From UHGV virus genome UHGV-0077717: 30,805 bases of DNA. One strand, written 5' to 3'. This DNA is from a virus. Position 1 is the stretch's first letter, and the number at the start of each line of letters is the position of its first letter. Position numbers and translations under genes: made by a program. The notes beneath the pieces were generated by a model that saw only the letters and a program-made list of their open reading frames with translations, did no database searches and had not been told where the DNA came from. Positions 1 to 10,163 of the stretch are shown here, piece after piece.

Positions 1-49
1 AATGGTTCGCGTCAGATCGTTGACAGCCGCACTCCATGACGGGTAAAAA

Positions 50-1243
50 GTGGATAAAATAATTTTACCCACCGGATTTTTACCCATGCTCACCGTTAAG
101 CAGATTGAAGCAGCAAAGCCGAAAGAAAAACCATACCGCCTTCTCGATGGTAATGGCCTGTATCTTTATGTCCCTGTATCAGGGAAAAAGGTATGGCAGC
201 TTCGCTACAAGATTGACGGTAAGGAGAAAATCCTGACCGTAGGAAAATATCCGCTTATGACTTTGCAAGAGGCAAGGGATAAAGCATGGACTGCGAGGAA
301 AGACATCTCGGTTGGCATCGATCCGGTAAAAGCGAAAAAGGCTTCGTCTAACAACAATTCCTTTAGTGCGATTTACAAGGAATGGTACGAGCACAAGAAG
401 CAAGTCTGGTCAGTAGGCTATGCAACTGAACTTGCAAAAATGTTTGATGACGACATTTTACCTATCATCGGCGGCCTTGAAATTCAGGATATTGAGCCGA
501 TGCAACTGCTGGAAGTAATCCGCAGATTTGAAGATCGCGGTGCAATGGAGCGAGCCAACAAAGCCCGCAGAAGATGCGGCGAGGTTTTCCGTTACGCTAT
601 TGTCACTGGTAGGGCTAAATATAACCCGGCACCTGACCTTGCTGACGCCATGAAGGGATACCGCAAGAAGAACTTCCCGTTTTTACCTGCCGACCAGATC
701 TCGGCATTTAACAAAGCACTGGCAACATTTTCAGGAAGCATCGTATCGCTCATTGCGACCAAAGTTTTACGCTACACAGCCCTCAGAACAAAAGAGCTTC
801 GTTCCATGCTATGGAAGAACGTCGATTTTGAAAACAGGATTATCACCATTGACGCCAGTGTGATGAAGGGACGCAAAATTCATGTGGTCCCGATGTCAGA
901 CCAGGTGGTTGAACTTCTCACTACGCTAAGCTCAATCACCAAACCAGTATCAGAGTTTGTTTTTGCCGGGCGCAACGATAAGAAGAAGCCGATCTGCGAG
1001 AACGCGGTGCTGCTTGTGATCAAACAAATCGGCTATGAGGGTCTGGAAAGCGGTCACGGATTCAGGCATGAATTCAGCACAATTATGAACGAGCACGAAT
1101 GGCCTGCTGACGCTATTGAAGTGCAACTGGCACATGCCAACGGCGGATCTGTGCGTGGAATATACAACCATGCTCAGTATCTCGATAAACGCAGAGAAAT
1201 GATGCAGTGGTGGGCAGACTGGCTTGATGGGAAGGTTGATTAA
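50..1243 (+). CDS. int: Tyrosine site-specific integrase (397 aa) with an arm-binding N-terminal domain (DUF4102-like) and a C-terminal catalytic domain
   Basis: ORF-track protein begins MDKIILPTGFLPMLTVKQIEAAKPKEKPYRLLDGNGLYLYV, typical of P4/P22-type integrase N-termini; C-terminal region carries HGFRHEF and a Y-containing tail typical of tyrosine recombinases. Convergent with the tailspike gene. Confidence 0.9.
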   Translation: MDKIILPTGFLPMLTVKQIEAAKPKEKPYRLLDGNGLYLYVPVSGKKVWQLRYKIDGKEKILTVGKYPLMTLQEARDKAWTARKDISVGIDPVKAKKASSNNNSFSAIYKEWYEHKKQVWSVGYATELAKMFDDDILPIIGGLEIQDIEPMQLLEVIRRFEDRGAMERANKARRRCGEVFRYAIVTGRAKYNPAPDLADAMKGYRKKNFPFLPADQISAFNKALATFSGSIVSLIATKVLRYTALRTKELRSMLWKNVDFENRIITIDASVMKGRKIHVVPMSDQVVELLTTLSSITKPVSEFVFAGRNDKKKPICENAVLLVIKQIGYEGLESGHGFRHEFSTIMNEHEWPADAIEVQLAHANGGSVRGIYNHAQYLDKRREMMQWWADWLDGKVD

Positions 1244-1370
1244 AGAACAATAACAGCGCGTTAATATAACCTTTTTAATAAACATAAAAACAAACAAACC
1301 ATCTTTAATTAACAATCTGATTGCTAAAGATTCTTATTTGAATGAGCCATCCTTGGCGATTTATATTATA
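1244..1370. other. Candidate attP-containing intergenic region between the int 3' end and the tailspike 3' end
   Basis: 127 bp AT-rich non-coding spacer between convergent int and tailspike genes; in lambdoid/P22-like phages attP sits immediately downstream of int. The core sequence was not identified by eye. Confidence 0.3.
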
Positions 1371-3818
1371 TCAGGGAATTATCATATTCCCTGTTGTTAC
1401 TATATATGGAGTATTTTCTGGCTCGTTGACTCTACTAACGCCACGCTCTACGTTTCCAGTGTGATTTAAGTAACTGCCACCTGATGTAATAGATTTCTGA
1501 AACTCTATTTTCCCACCTTGAAACGTATTCCCTGTAGAGTTTACTCTGAATGCTCCTGAAGCATTATTTATTTTGAATGCGCATGTTTCTCTGCTCAATA
1601 TACATTGATTATTTTTATATGACATTGTTATTGGTCCACTTCCTGCCTCATCTTTATTTAAAGTAAAATGACTATTAAGCCCTGACGCTCCTGTTCCAGA
1701 CTGTGAAACGTCATGTATTTTTACGATTTGCTCTGATGGTCCTTGAAAAATAAAACCAGTATTAGATAATGATCCGGACAGCATGCTAAACCGCGTTGCA
1801 GCAACAACATTCTCAAGACTTGAACCTGATCCTGAAACATCACAATTAATTAGTTCAATCCAACTACCACCATAATATGAAGCGTTTGAATTCCTGATAT
1901 ATGTCGATTCGATTTTCACCCTTTGCTTAAGAGAATCAGGCAGAGCATTCCCTGCTTGCTTGTTTAACACAATGTCACAGCCGAATATTTTTGCCCCACG
2001 CCCATAAACATTAGAGCTTTGGGTAAATCTAAGCCCTCTATCGGCATCAGTTGAGTTTTCTCCAATAGTAACATCAATCAATGTGACGGCATCATTGTTT
2101 AATCTTGCACCTTTTGTAAATATTGCATGCAATATGTTAAGGTTGGTAACTTTTGAAGTTGCAATTAAATAATCTCCGAAATGATGGGTTACAGTTATAT
2201 TATCTGCTGACTCACCATAATATTCACCACTGTTTGCAATGCTTAAAAGACCATAATTATTATCAAATCGCAAATTGTGCTCAAACATACCATGCGTAGT
2301 AAATGCACCATTTCTTGTTCCTGTTTCTCCGCAATCTCTTACAGAGCAATAACTTGAACCACTAAAATCAACTACGTGCCTGCCTGAAATATTGCGTAAT
2401 CTTCTTGCGTGGCATTCATATGCGTTATTGAATTGAACAACATGATCGGACCCTGGAACTCTTGGGAAATTTGTTTCCGTATCATGAACAAAAACATTCC
2501 TGACCATGGCAGTTACAACCATTGGGTAAGGGTGATTAAATCCATACCCGAGACAAATGTCAGCGTTATTTACGTATTCAAGGGACACAAGTGCGCATGA
2601 TTGTTGACTGGCAAATCCATCGCCACCACCTGAAGCATCTGTTATGTTTTGATTCCATTTTACGCCTTTAAAAGCAATTCTTACATTTTCTATTGGGGTT
2701 ACATTTCTATATGTCAATACCCTTCCGACATCAAGATGCCAGCCTGTTTTATAATCAACTCGCAATTGAGTTATTGCTCCACCACTGCCCTGCACTTGTG
2801 TCATTACATTTATTTCTCTACCTACGGTTCCGCCGCCAACATCCGATGACATAATAACCCACTGTCTATTCTCAAAAAGAGAGTTGTTCGTACACCAATA
2901 TGTTGTATCTCCTTTTGATATTTTATTTGTTAGAGTAAAAGAGTCTATTATATCTCCAGCAGTGCCGCGAAATGCTAGAATGCCAGGAAAACGATAGTTA
3001 CTTGGATTTGTAGATCCACTTCTATCAGGAATATGCCCTTCCGGAGCATTCCATATTATCTCCGTATCAGGCATATCAATTGCCAGGTCGCCGCGTGTAA
3101 TTACAATATTGTTTGTTAGTATCAACTCTTTTATATTTGTTGTGATTTTTTTTGCTGGTGAGTTAATTGCTTTATGAAATGCTTCGGTGTTGTCAGCGCC
3201 ATCTTTAGCTCCGAAATCCTCAAGCATAACATTATATATATCATCTGATTTCCATACATTTCCTTCTGATGTGAAAATTATCGTTCCTCCGTTATCTGTC
3301 AATCCATCAGGATTAACACTACGGAAAAACCTTCCACCTCCTGAATAGCTGTCAGAGTAATATCCCCTCAGTCTTATAACCTGTCCATCATAACTTGGTT
3401 CAATTGTTCTCAATGTAGATATATCTTTGCATTCTCCTATATACTTATAGCCATCATCACTTTTCAGCAAATATGAAAACTGATCTGGATCGTACTTCAG
3501 CACATTAGGGAAATAGAACTGCTGTGATCCATATGCATCGTACACAGCCATAGAATGCCCTTGTACAGTAACGAACTTAGCAATCTGTCCGTTATATACA
3601 GGATAACCAGCAGCGTTAATGATGATTGGTTGAGAAACAGGAACGTGAGAGCCGTCTTCGTTCTCTACATAAACCGGAATCTGGTTTTCAGTATTTACCG
3701 GGTCAGTGTCAATTTTACCGATATAAATTTTGCCATTGGCTACGGCTTTAAAAGAACGAGCCATAGTGAAGAGTTGCGAAGGCATCGATACGATCACATT
3801 GGCTGTAATGTCTGTCAT
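1371..3818 (-). CDS. Tailspike protein (815 aa): P22-gp9-like N-terminal head-binding domain fused to a different beta-helix receptor-binding/depolymerase domain
   Basis: N-terminus [41 protein letters not shown]...[17 protein letters not shown] closely matches the recalled P22 tailspike head-binding domain; the remainder is a long Gly/Asn/Ser/Thr-rich sequence typical of a parallel beta-helix. The DNA encoding the C-terminal part is visibly more AT-rich than the rest of the window. Confidence 0.9.
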   Translation of the reverse strand: MTDITANVIVSMPSQLFTMARSFKAVANGKIYIGKIDTDPVNTENQIPVYVENEDGSHVPVSQPIIINAAGYPVYNGQIAKFVTVQGHSMAVYDAYGSQQFYFPNVLKYDPDQFSYLLKSDDGYKYIGECKDISTLRTIEPSYDGQVIRLRGYYSDSYSGGGRFFRSVNPDGLTDNGGTIIFTSEGNVWKSDDIYNVMLEDFGAKDGADNTEAFHKAINSPAKKITTNIKELILTNNIVITRGDLAIDMPDTEIIWNAPEGHIPDRSGSTNPSNYRFPGILAFRGTAGDIIDSFTLTNKISKGDTTYWCTNNSLFENRQWVIMSSDVGGGTVGREINVMTQVQGSGGAITQLRVDYKTGWHLDVGRVLTYRNVTPIENVRIAFKGVKWNQNITDASGGGDGFASQQSCALVSLEYVNNADICLGYGFNHPYPMVVTAMVRNVFVHDTETNFPRVPGSDHVVQFNNAYECHARRLRNISGRHVVDFSGSSYCSVRDCGETGTRNGAFTTHGMFEHNLRFDNNYGLLSIANSGEYYGESADNITVTHHFGDYLIATSKVTNLNILHAIFTKGARLNNDAVTLIDVTIGENSTDADRGLRFTQSSNVYGRGAKIFGCDIVLNKQAGNALPDSLKQRVKIESTYIRNSNASYYGGSWIELINCDVSGSGSSLENVVAATRFSMLSGSLSNTGFIFQGPSEQIVKIHDVSQSGTGASGLNSHFTLNKDEAGSGPITMSYKNNQCILSRETCAFKINNASGAFRVNSTGNTFQGGKIEFQKSITSGGSYLNHTGNVERGVSRVNEPENTPYIVTTGNMIIP

Positions 3819-3876
3819 TTAATTTGCTCCAGATGCAAGGAATCGCCGCAGCGTGGCTACGGTGAATTTTGGGCAT

Positions 3877-3901
3877 AAAAAAAACCCAGCCGAAGCTGGG
3901 T
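3877..3901 (-). terminator. Intrinsic terminator downstream of ant (hairpin CCCAGC-cgaa-GCTGGG followed by a U8 run on the minus strand)
   Basis: Plus strand reads aaaaaaaa-cccagc-cgaa-gctggg; on the minus strand this is a GC stem-loop followed by 8 T, located 19 nt after the ant stop. Confidence 0.6.
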
Positions 3902-3919
3902 CGTTGCGTTGGTTATCTG

Positions 3920-4843
3920 TCAGTAGTTATGTACTGAAGGAGGTAATTCTTTATTCTTAAGTCTCATCCATGCGGAAAGATTCGTTGGTCCGTCTGGTTC
4001 ATTAATATCAACATCTCGTGTGTGGTTTATTAAAACGTCTCTCGCCATTCCGATAACATACGAGAATTCATGACCGTAGTCGTAGCATCTGCCGGAATAG
4101 TTCGATTGAATTTGTTTTAATGCCGGATACAGTTCGCGGAATAATGCCTGTGAGCGGTTGGCATAATCCCATAACCATACAAGGCTGTTTGCTTCTTTTG
4201 CAGAAAGCTCGTTGGTTTTCTTCTCTTGTTTGCCGATGAACTCTCCTTCAAGCGGAACGCGAGCTGCAAGTGACAGTGCTTCGGTAAACTGCTCCTCACT
4301 AATTTCTTTGTACGAACATCCAAAATGGGATTTCAGTGACGACCACATGGTGATCATCGCCTTAGCCTGTTTTTCTTTTGGCAGAGACTGACCGCGACTC
4401 ATGACGAGTTGTTTAATGGCTTCCTGCTGTTCAGTGGTGATTTTACCCGGCAACGCCTTTTTAGCTTTGCGTGGGTTAACTACATGGCCTTTAGTCCAGT
4501 ACTCGTAGAGCACATCGTCACACTCTTCCTGATACTGGATTACCTTGTCGCGGATTTCAGGGCGGACTTTGTTAGGGCTGATGGTTTGCAACCAGCCATT
4601 CAGTTTACGTAAAGCAAGGCAAATCATGGTCTGCACACCGCCAACTGAAGGTATTGCGATTTCCACAATACCTTTAGCAAATCTTTGTTTTAACTTTGTA
4701 AACTGTGAAGCCCAATCCATACCCATTCCCTCAACGATAGGTTTCATTGGGGTATACGGTTCGCCGTTGTGATTGACAACATAAAGCTCTGCGCCGTGGA
4801 ATGGTACATTGATAGTAGATGCTGCTGTTGCTATACTTTTCAT
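3920..4843 (-). CDS. ant: Antirepressor Ant-like protein (AntA/AntB-type N-terminal domain); the six-frame ORF extends to a GTG at 4909 but the ATG at 4843 with an AGGA Shine-Dalgarno is the preferred start
   Basis: Protein from [51 protein letters not shown] resembles phage antirepressor N-terminal domains; it sits downstream of an arc-like gene and opposite an mnt-like gene, as in the P22 immI region. AGGAAATATTGAC precedes the ATG at 4843. Confidence 0.75.
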   Translation of the reverse strand: MKSIATAASTINVPFHGAELYVVNHNGEPYTPMKPIVEGMGMDWASQFTKLKQRFAKGIVEIAIPSVGGVQTMICLALRKLNGWLQTISPNKVRPEIRDKVIQYQEECDDVLYEYWTKGHVVNPRKAKKALPGKITTEQQEAIKQLVMSRGQSLPKEKQAKAMITMWSSLKSHFGCSYKEISEEQFTEALSLAARVPLEGEFIGKQEKKTNELSAKEANSLVWLWDYANRSQALFRELYPALKQIQSNYSGRCYDYGHEFSYVIGMARDVLINHTRDVDINEPDGPTNLSAWMRLKNKELPPSVHNY

Positions 4844-4905
4844 GTCAATATTTCCTAAGACGATTTGTTGATACCGAAGCCCTGACTGTTCCAGCAGTTG
4901 GGGCT

Positions 4906-5127
4906 TCACTGTTTTTGTAAGTCACTGTAGCTATAAAGCCACTGACCACTCATTTTTGATTTGATTGACTCTACTGAGTCACGGCAAGGAATGATTCCGC
5001 CTGACATCATTCTGATTTCCGTAAATTCACCACTCCTTATCGATTCAATGCCATCAATGTTAACTAAAGATTTACCTCTACCAAGTGCATTCTCATAGCC
5101 AATCTCATCAACCTCAATAAACCTCAT
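4906..5127 (-). CDS. Hypothetical 73-aa protein encoded between arc and ant, start overlapping the arc stop
   Basis: The ATG at 5127 overlaps the arc stop (GTATGA) and is preceded by GAGAGGGG; the ORF ends about 60 nt before the preferred ant start. No recognisable family; could instead be the untranslated arc-ant spacer. Confidence 0.4.
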   Translation of the reverse strand: MRFIEVDEIGYENALGRGKSLVNIDGIESIRSGEFTEIRMMSGGIIPCRDSVESIKSKMSGQWLYSYSDLQKQ

Positions 5128-5264
5128 ACCGTTATCCCCTCTCTCTTCAGGCTGTCCAACACCCGTTTAATTACTTCTGCGCTGAATGAGCGACACTCTT
5201 CCTTTGCTTTTTCTTCAAGGATTTTTTCTAGCTTCTCTGGCATACGCAGTGTTTTTACCTTCAT
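5124..5264 (-). CDS. arc: Arc-like ribbon-helix-helix repressor (46 aa), below the ORF-track size cutoff
   Basis: Manual minus-strand translation gives [46 protein letters not shown], which parallels recalled P22 Arc (FNLRWPREVLDLVRKVAEENGRSVNSEIYQRVMESFKKEG). GGAGG lies 5 nt upstream of the ATG; the gene is divergent from the mnt-like gene. Confidence 0.65.
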   Translation of the reverse strand: MKVKTLRMPEKLEKILEEKAKEECRSFSAEVIKRVLDSLKREGITV

Positions 5265-5276
5265 TGCATCCTCCGT

Positions 5277-5333
5277 TGTATGTGGTACGCATACATAGTA
5301 TTTAGGTACGCATTGATAGTCAATAGATACCTA
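5277..5333. promoter_or_regulatory. Divergent promoter/operator region of the immI-like locus with two palindromes: TGTATG-N7-CATACA (5277..5295) and TAGGTA-cgc-ATTGA-tag-TCAAT-aga-TACCTA (5303..5333)
   Basis: Both inverted repeats are read directly from the sequence in the 105 bp between the divergent arc and mnt starts; P22 Arc and Mnt each bind a symmetric operator in the equivalent interval. Confidence 0.45.
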
Positions 5334-5369
5334 CATATCCTGTGGTAAAAAATTATTCAGGATGCGCCG

Positions 5370-5621
5370 ATGTCTGATCGTAAGTACAAAAACCCTCAAG
5401 TGAATCTGAGGCTTCCTGTAGAGATAAAGGAACGTCTTATTGAACTGGCTGAGGCTAATTCTCGTTCATTAAATGCTGAGATGGTCGCGGCACTTGAAGC
5501 GTGGACCGAAAAAAACAAACACATTCAAGCGCTAGATCTTGCAACTATAGCATCGCGACTGATAGAGCTTGAGCATGATGTTGAGAAGTTAAAATGTATG
5601 CATGGCAATGGTGAAAAATGA
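5370..5621 (+). CDS. mnt: Mnt-like ribbon-helix-helix repressor (83 aa)
   Basis: N-terminus PQVNLRLPVEIKERLIELAEANSRSLNAEMVAALEAW parallels recalled P22 Mnt (FNFRMPMEVREKLKFRAEANGRSMNSELLQIV); AGGA lies 7 nt upstream of the ATG; divergent from arc. Confidence 0.75.
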   Translation: MSDRKYKNPQVNLRLPVEIKERLIELAEANSRSLNAEMVAALEAWTEKNKHIQALDLATIASRLIELEHDVEKLKCMHGNGEK

Positions 5622-5935
5622 AACGTATCGCTATCCTATTGCTCCTGTGTCTCTCGAGCATAGCTAACGCAGAAACAAAATCAGACGATAGCAGTTTTGA
5701 TGAAATACAAGGCCTCATGATAGCTTCTAAAATGGCTGGTATGTGTGGTGCAATCAAACAAATGGCAATATTCCAAGAATCTACAAACATGCCAGGTGGG
5801 AATGAATTCTTACAGAGATTCCTTACTACAGAGCAAGCAAGGCTCGGGATGACTCCGCAGCAATTTCTTGAAGCATGTCAGAAATCAATCTCTATTTATA
5901 CCACCTATTACAATATGAGCTCTGAGAAAAAATAG
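5618..5935 (+). CDS. Hypothetical secreted/periplasmic protein (105 aa) with an N-terminal signal peptide, translationally coupled to mnt
   Basis: Start overlaps the mnt stop (ATGA); N-terminus MKRIAILLLLCLSSIANA-ETK is a classic Sec signal peptide with an AXA cleavage site. Confidence 0.55.
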   Translation: MKRIAILLLLCLSSIANAETKSDDSSFDEIQGLMIASKMAGMCGAIKQMAIFQESTNMPGGNEFLQRFLTTEQARLGMTPQQFLEACQKSISIYTTYYNMSSEKK

Positions 5936-5944
5936 ACTAGGATT

Positions 5945-6130
5945 TCAACGGCTTCCGCGTCCCTGAGTGATTCTGTTGCGGATTTGCTTCTTGCGGTGGT
6001 TTAAGCTGGAGAGCTTGGCTTCTGCTTCTGATATTTGCGCATCTAGATCTTTAAGCTCAAGATCTGAAAGTCGCTGGTCAAGCAGGGTTTGGTTCAACTC
6101 AATGTTGTTCAGGCGTTCTTCTATGGTCAT
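5945..6130 (-). CDS. Hypothetical small coiled-coil protein (61 aa)
   Basis: Strong Shine-Dalgarno AAGGAG 5 nt upstream of the ATG; heptad-like sequence LNNIELNQTLLDQRLSDLELKDLDAQISEAEAKLSSL. It sits immediately downstream of a terminator hairpin, so expression would need read-through. Confidence 0.4.
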   Translation of the reverse strand: MTIEERLNNIELNQTLLDQRLSDLELKDLDAQISEAEAKLSSLNHRKKQIRNRITQGRGSR

Positions 6131-6143
6131 GATTTCTCCTTAT

Positions 6144-6168
6144 AAAAAACCCACCTGACGGTGGGTTT
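6144..6168. terminator. Bidirectional intrinsic terminator-like hairpin (A6-CCCACC-tgac-GGTGGG-T3) downstream of the lipoprotein gene
   Basis: Perfect 6-bp GC stem with a 4-nt loop; the minus strand has a U6 run after the hairpin and the plus strand a weaker T-rich tail. Confidence 0.55.
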
Positions 6169-6174
6169 CATTTC

Positions 6175-6606
6175 TTAATCTTGCTTCGTGGAAGGCATAA
6201 GAGATGCGTTTGCCTCTTTTGGCTTCAAGGTATACATCCCACCATTAAATGGATCAACAGCAAGCCAACCAATTAACCCACCAAACACAAGGTTTCCACC
6301 AATATACCAACCATTAGCATTGGCTTTGATTGGCAGGGTAACTGGTTCGTACCCATCCTTTTCCATAGTGATCTGGTAGCTCTTTTTGCCAAAATAACTA
6401 CCATCTGACTTGGCAAGAGTTACTCCTTGCGGGGTCTTACCTTGCGCAACAATCACGCCTGATTCGTCTTTTACCTTAAAGCTCGCACCGGAAGGATTGC
6501 TGTTCACTTGCACAAGCTGTGTTTCGTCACCAACAATAGTTGCGCACCCAGATAACATGATAGCGCCAGCAACGACGCTAATAATCCTCTTCATATCAAT
6601 TTCCAT
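6175..6606 (-). CDS. PEGA-domain lipoprotein (moron); start may be the second ATG at 6594
   Basis: N-terminus MKRIISVVAGAIMLSGC has a lipobox (LSGC); the mature region contains a PEGA-like motif (SNPSGASFKVKDESGVIVAQGKTPQGVTL). The gene is flanked by a hairpin terminator downstream and a non-coding spacer upstream, at the position where P22 carries sieA. Confidence 0.7.
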   Translation of the reverse strand: MEIDMKRIISVVAGAIMLSGCATIVGDETQLVQVNSNPSGASFKVKDESGVIVAQGKTPQGVTLAKSDGSYFGKKSYQITMEKDGYEPVTLPIKANANGWYIGGNLVFGGLIGWLAVDPFNGGMYTLKPKEANASLMPSTKQD

Positions 6607-6689
6607 ATCTAAAAAACCGGAAACATCCTAATGACAAACCATTCAAATGTGAAGCACGAGATAAGATCAATCCATCCGTGGACGACTAA

Positions 6690-8825
6690 TTACTCCTGTG
6701 TCATTCCGCTTAGCGATGCCACAATCCCAGCCCTCGACAAACGCTGGAACTCTTCGTTTCCTAGTGCATCGCGAATTGCTTTTACGGCGGCCTTATTTGC
6801 CATAAATCTGCGTTCCGCCGCCGCTAATGCGCCATCACTTGCCCCAACTTTAACTGCCTTTGTCGCCTCTTGAACAGCCTTTTCAATAGCGTAACGACCA
6901 CTTCTGGTTGCGGATAATTTCGCTATCGATCCTTTTGCTATTGCATCAATTGCTCCACCTGCAGCGCCACCCACTATTGCTCCAATAACACCTCCTCCAG
7001 AGAACCCTGCGATAGCGCCAGCGGTTGGAAAAGCGCCAGACAATACGCTCTCTAAAACTGGATGAAGGCCATTCTCAAGAGTGCTAATGGCTGGCATAGA
7101 GCGCCCTGTTTGTTCAACATATCGAAGTGGCTTTGTTGCTGCTCTTGCAAGTTCTCCAAACCCCCTAGCAATCCTACCAAGCTCTGGAGAATATCGACTA
7201 ATTGCCTTCACGTTTTGTGGGGTAAGAATAGTCGCGATATGCTTAATTCCAGCCTCTTCAGACTTACCTCCGCGTACCCCTTGCGATACCGCATCTTGTA
7301 ATATTGATGCAATTGCTGGCGCGCGTTCCGACTCAGGTAGGGCGCTTATTATTTTATGGAACTGACCTGTTCCACTTTTTGCTGAACCCTGCAACGCCTT
7401 AGAGCCATTAGTTACCAACTGATCAGTTGCAAGGTCTCTACCAAACGCTGCTTCAGCCTGTTCTTGTGCTGTAAATCTTGCTTTTGACAGATCATTAGCT
7501 TTTTGCCAGTCATCAAGAAAACCGCCATTTTGAGCCATTATGCGCATATCTTCCGTTGCTGCATCACGAAGCTCAGCCATGCGCCTTGCCGTATTTGCCT
7601 CACCAGACCTTATATACTTCTGCTCTGCGTCAGCAAGTTTACTTCGCCATGCCTTCATGGCATCAAACGTGATTCCTTTTTTACCAGTTTTAGCATAAGC
7701 AGATGCGAATTGTTTCATCTCAGGAGTTAGCGGCATGCCAGCCAAAATATCACCCTGAATTGTAGCGTTCAGGTTTGACATTCTGGCCTTTGCGTCAGGC
7801 ATCGTGGAGCGGACGCTATCCCATGCGGCCTTTTCTGAATTTTTCATTTTATCAATACTTGCCAAAACCCTTTGTTTTATGGCTGCACTTTTTTCTGATG
7901 CAGTTCCTGCTTCAGCCCCAAACTCATCCAATGCTGAGTTAAATTTCGACTCTATTTCACTGAATGCTTTGGTGTGTGCATCCTGTGTAATTCCGGGCTT
8001 TGACGCCAGAATCCCCTCCGCCTGAGCAAGACCACGACTACCTGATCTCATGCCAGGAGTTAATGCGTTGATATCTATTCCAGCAGTATCTGCTGCTTTT
8101 GCTATTTCGTCTGACACATTAGCTGACTGTCTGGCAATAATCTCTCTTCCTGTACCAGACTTTGCCATTTTCGAAACATCAGCAGCGGAATTTATTGCCC
8201 CGCCACCAAGAACTTGAGGTGATTTAGAGGTTAAGATCCTTCCAGCCCCAGAAAGTATCCCCTGAGCACCAATATTGATACCACCGTTAATGGCAGCATT
8301 TTGTGCAAAGTCGCCCTCCTGATTTGCAGCATCAGCAAGAGAACCTGCAATCATGTTTCCTGCGGAACCGATATCTCCAGCGAGCTTTGCTGGCGCTCCA
8401 GCAGCTTTTGCCGCTGTGCCAATTGGCAGGAGATACCCACCAATTGTTTCACCGGCTTGCGCGTAAGGGTCTGTCGGTCGATCGACTGGACGATAGACAT
8501 CATCCAATACTTTTGGCCCACCAAGCCCCTGACTGATTGCATTAATCAGACTTGCGCCACCCTGCAATACGTCAAATGGTATGTTTACCAGACCACGACC
8601 AGCCTGTTCTGCAATTTGCCCTGCACTTTGACCACCAGTGAGCCAATCGCCAGCTTGTTGCATCAATGATGGTTCTTCACGCGCTGGTTCATTATTGGCC
8701 TGATTAACTGTTTGTTGCTGAACAGCCTGACCAGCAAAATACTCATCAATGGCGGTGCCAATATCTTCCGTGCTCGTACCATCAGGGAAGGTAAATGTCT
8801 TTCCGTTTGCAGTTACTTTCATCAT
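6690..8825 (-). CDS. Ejection (internal virion) protein, P22 gp16-like (711 aa)
   Basis: Last gene of the ejection-protein triplet in conserved P22 order (gp7, gp20, gp16); large Ala/Gly-rich protein. Confidence 0.75.
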   Translation of the reverse strand: MMKVTANGKTFTFPDGTSTEDIGTAIDEYFAGQAVQQQTVNQANNEPAREEPSLMQQAGDWLTGGQSAGQIAEQAGRGLVNIPFDVLQGGASLINAISQGLGGPKVLDDVYRPVDRPTDPYAQAGETIGGYLLPIGTAAKAAGAPAKLAGDIGSAGNMIAGSLADAANQEGDFAQNAAINGGINIGAQGILSGAGRILTSKSPQVLGGGAINSAADVSKMAKSGTGREIIARQSANVSDEIAKAADTAGIDINALTPGMRSGSRGLAQAEGILASKPGITQDAHTKAFSEIESKFNSALDEFGAEAGTASEKSAAIKQRVLASIDKMKNSEKAAWDSVRSTMPDAKARMSNLNATIQGDILAGMPLTPEMKQFASAYAKTGKKGITFDAMKAWRSKLADAEQKYIRSGEANTARRMAELRDAATEDMRIMAQNGGFLDDWQKANDLSKARFTAQEQAEAAFGRDLATDQLVTNGSKALQGSAKSGTGQFHKIISALPESERAPAIASILQDAVSQGVRGGKSEEAGIKHIATILTPQNVKAISRYSPELGRIARGFGELARAATKPLRYVEQTGRSMPAISTLENGLHPVLESVLSGAFPTAGAIAGFSGGGVIGAIVGGAAGGAIDAIAKGSIAKLSATRSGRYAIEKAVQEATKAVKVGASDGALAAAERRFMANKAAVKAIRDALGNEEFQRLSRAGIVASLSGMTQE

Positions 8826-10153
8826 TCCACCGTAAATTGAATGCCTGATTTTGAGGTATATGATCCGGATTGACTCTGCTGCTGTTGGGTATTTGTCGGT
8901 TGTTGGTTATTGCTCTGTTGTTGCGCAGGCTGCTGAATATCTTCATACAGCTTGGCTTTTCTGGATTGCAATTGCTTAGTTAGTCCGCTGGGGAGAGAAT
9001 CTCCATAAGTTGAAAGATAATCATCCATTTGCTGGTTAAACTTTTCGCCTTCAGTATTTGCCATCAGTTTTGAGGTGTTGATTAAGTCTTGGACTTGCTC
9101 ATTATTCAGCATCTTGCCGTTAGATAATTGGCTAACATAGTTACCAAGTGTGCCAAATATTCCATCAGTGCGTTTTACCTGCACTTGCTCACCTTCGCGT
9201 ACCACAGATTGCGGATCCAGCGATTTCATATAGTTGAAAATCATTCCCAACTGCGCGGCTGGAGTGTTGCGCTTCCCAAGGGCTTGTAGGTTGTCAGAAG
9301 CACTGCGCATTGCAGAATAATTCTTTGAGAACCCATTAATATCACTATTCAGATCTCGAACAAGTTTTGGGTCAATCTTTCCGCTTTCCTGTTGTTTCAT
9401 CCCTAATTCCTGCAACTTCAGGGCTACGTTATCATTATGCATTTGTGCCCGCTGAGCCCTGTCTAGTTGAGCGTTTTGGATATTTGCCCATCCTCTCGCG
9501 TTCTCCATGTCAGCCTGACGGATGCTTTCATCCAATCGCCCTTTCTCAAGTTGGCGACCAACCATCTTATCCTGATAATCCAGCATTTTATCCGGACCAA
9601 CAGCCCCTAGCGTCATAGTAGTCAGCATGTGTGATAGCTGCTCTGGATTCTGGATACCTGTCTGAATCATCCAGTCAGCATTAGCACCAACGCGATTTAA
9701 CCTGTCCTTGTTGTCAGTAATGAATTTACTGTAGGCTTCCGGTCCCTGAGAAAGAGCGACGTTAGCCCTCATGGCTAAATCGCCCATATCGTTGCGTTGC
9801 TGCTCATTAAGACCGGAAAACGCCTGTTGTGCCTGTGCAACAAACGCTGGATTTTCCCGGGCAAACTTAAATAGTCCCGATGGATCACCAGAAGCCCATG
9901 CATCAGCGTGAACCTTATTGAACGCACTAATCGCTTTCTGTTGCTGTTCCTGATTGTAAATATCAGCAACTCCAGCCAGACCACGTAACGCGGTCAGGCC
10001 AACGTTATTTGCACCTGAGCGAGCCAGTTCATTGTTTTCGCGGATCAGACCAAGCGTTGCGTTAATGTCGCTTGCCTTTGGCGCATTCTCATTTTGCGTA
10101 CCGATGCCAGCCAGAAAACCACCAGAATTAATACCCTGTTGCCACGTAGCCAT
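8822..10153 (-). CDS. Ejection protein, P22 gp20-like (443 aa)
   Basis: Position and size in the P22 gene order; start overlaps the downstream gene stop. Confidence 0.75.
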   Translation of the reverse strand: MATWQQGINSGGFLAGIGTQNENAPKASDINATLGLIRENNELARSGANNVGLTALRGLAGVADIYNQEQQQKAISAFNKVHADAWASGDPSGLFKFARENPAFVAQAQQAFSGLNEQQRNDMGDLAMRANVALSQGPEAYSKFITDNKDRLNRVGANADWMIQTGIQNPEQLSHMLTTMTLGAVGPDKMLDYQDKMVGRQLEKGRLDESIRQADMENARGWANIQNAQLDRAQRAQMHNDNVALKLQELGMKQQESGKIDPKLVRDLNSDINGFSKNYSAMRSASDNLQALGKRNTPAAQLGMIFNYMKSLDPQSVVREGEQVQVKRTDGIFGTLGNYVSQLSNGKMLNNEQVQDLINTSKLMANTEGEKFNQQMDDYLSTYGDSLPSGLTKQLQSRKAKLYEDIQQPAQQQSNNQQPTNTQQQQSQSGSYTSKSGIQFTVE

Positions 10154-10163
10154 TGATTACCCC

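Noticed and set aside
3920..4909. Ant starting at the GTG at 4909 (329 aa)
   Set aside because: That start is a GTG with no obvious Shine-Dalgarno and would overlap the upstream 73-codon ORF; the in-frame ATG at 4843 has a well-spaced AGGA. The longer form is kept only as an alternative.
6131..6174. Treating the hairpin here as only a minus-strand terminator
   Set aside because: The plus strand also has a T-rich tract after the same hairpin, so it may terminate the convergent mnt operon transcript as well; it is annotated as bidirectional rather than assigned to one gene.
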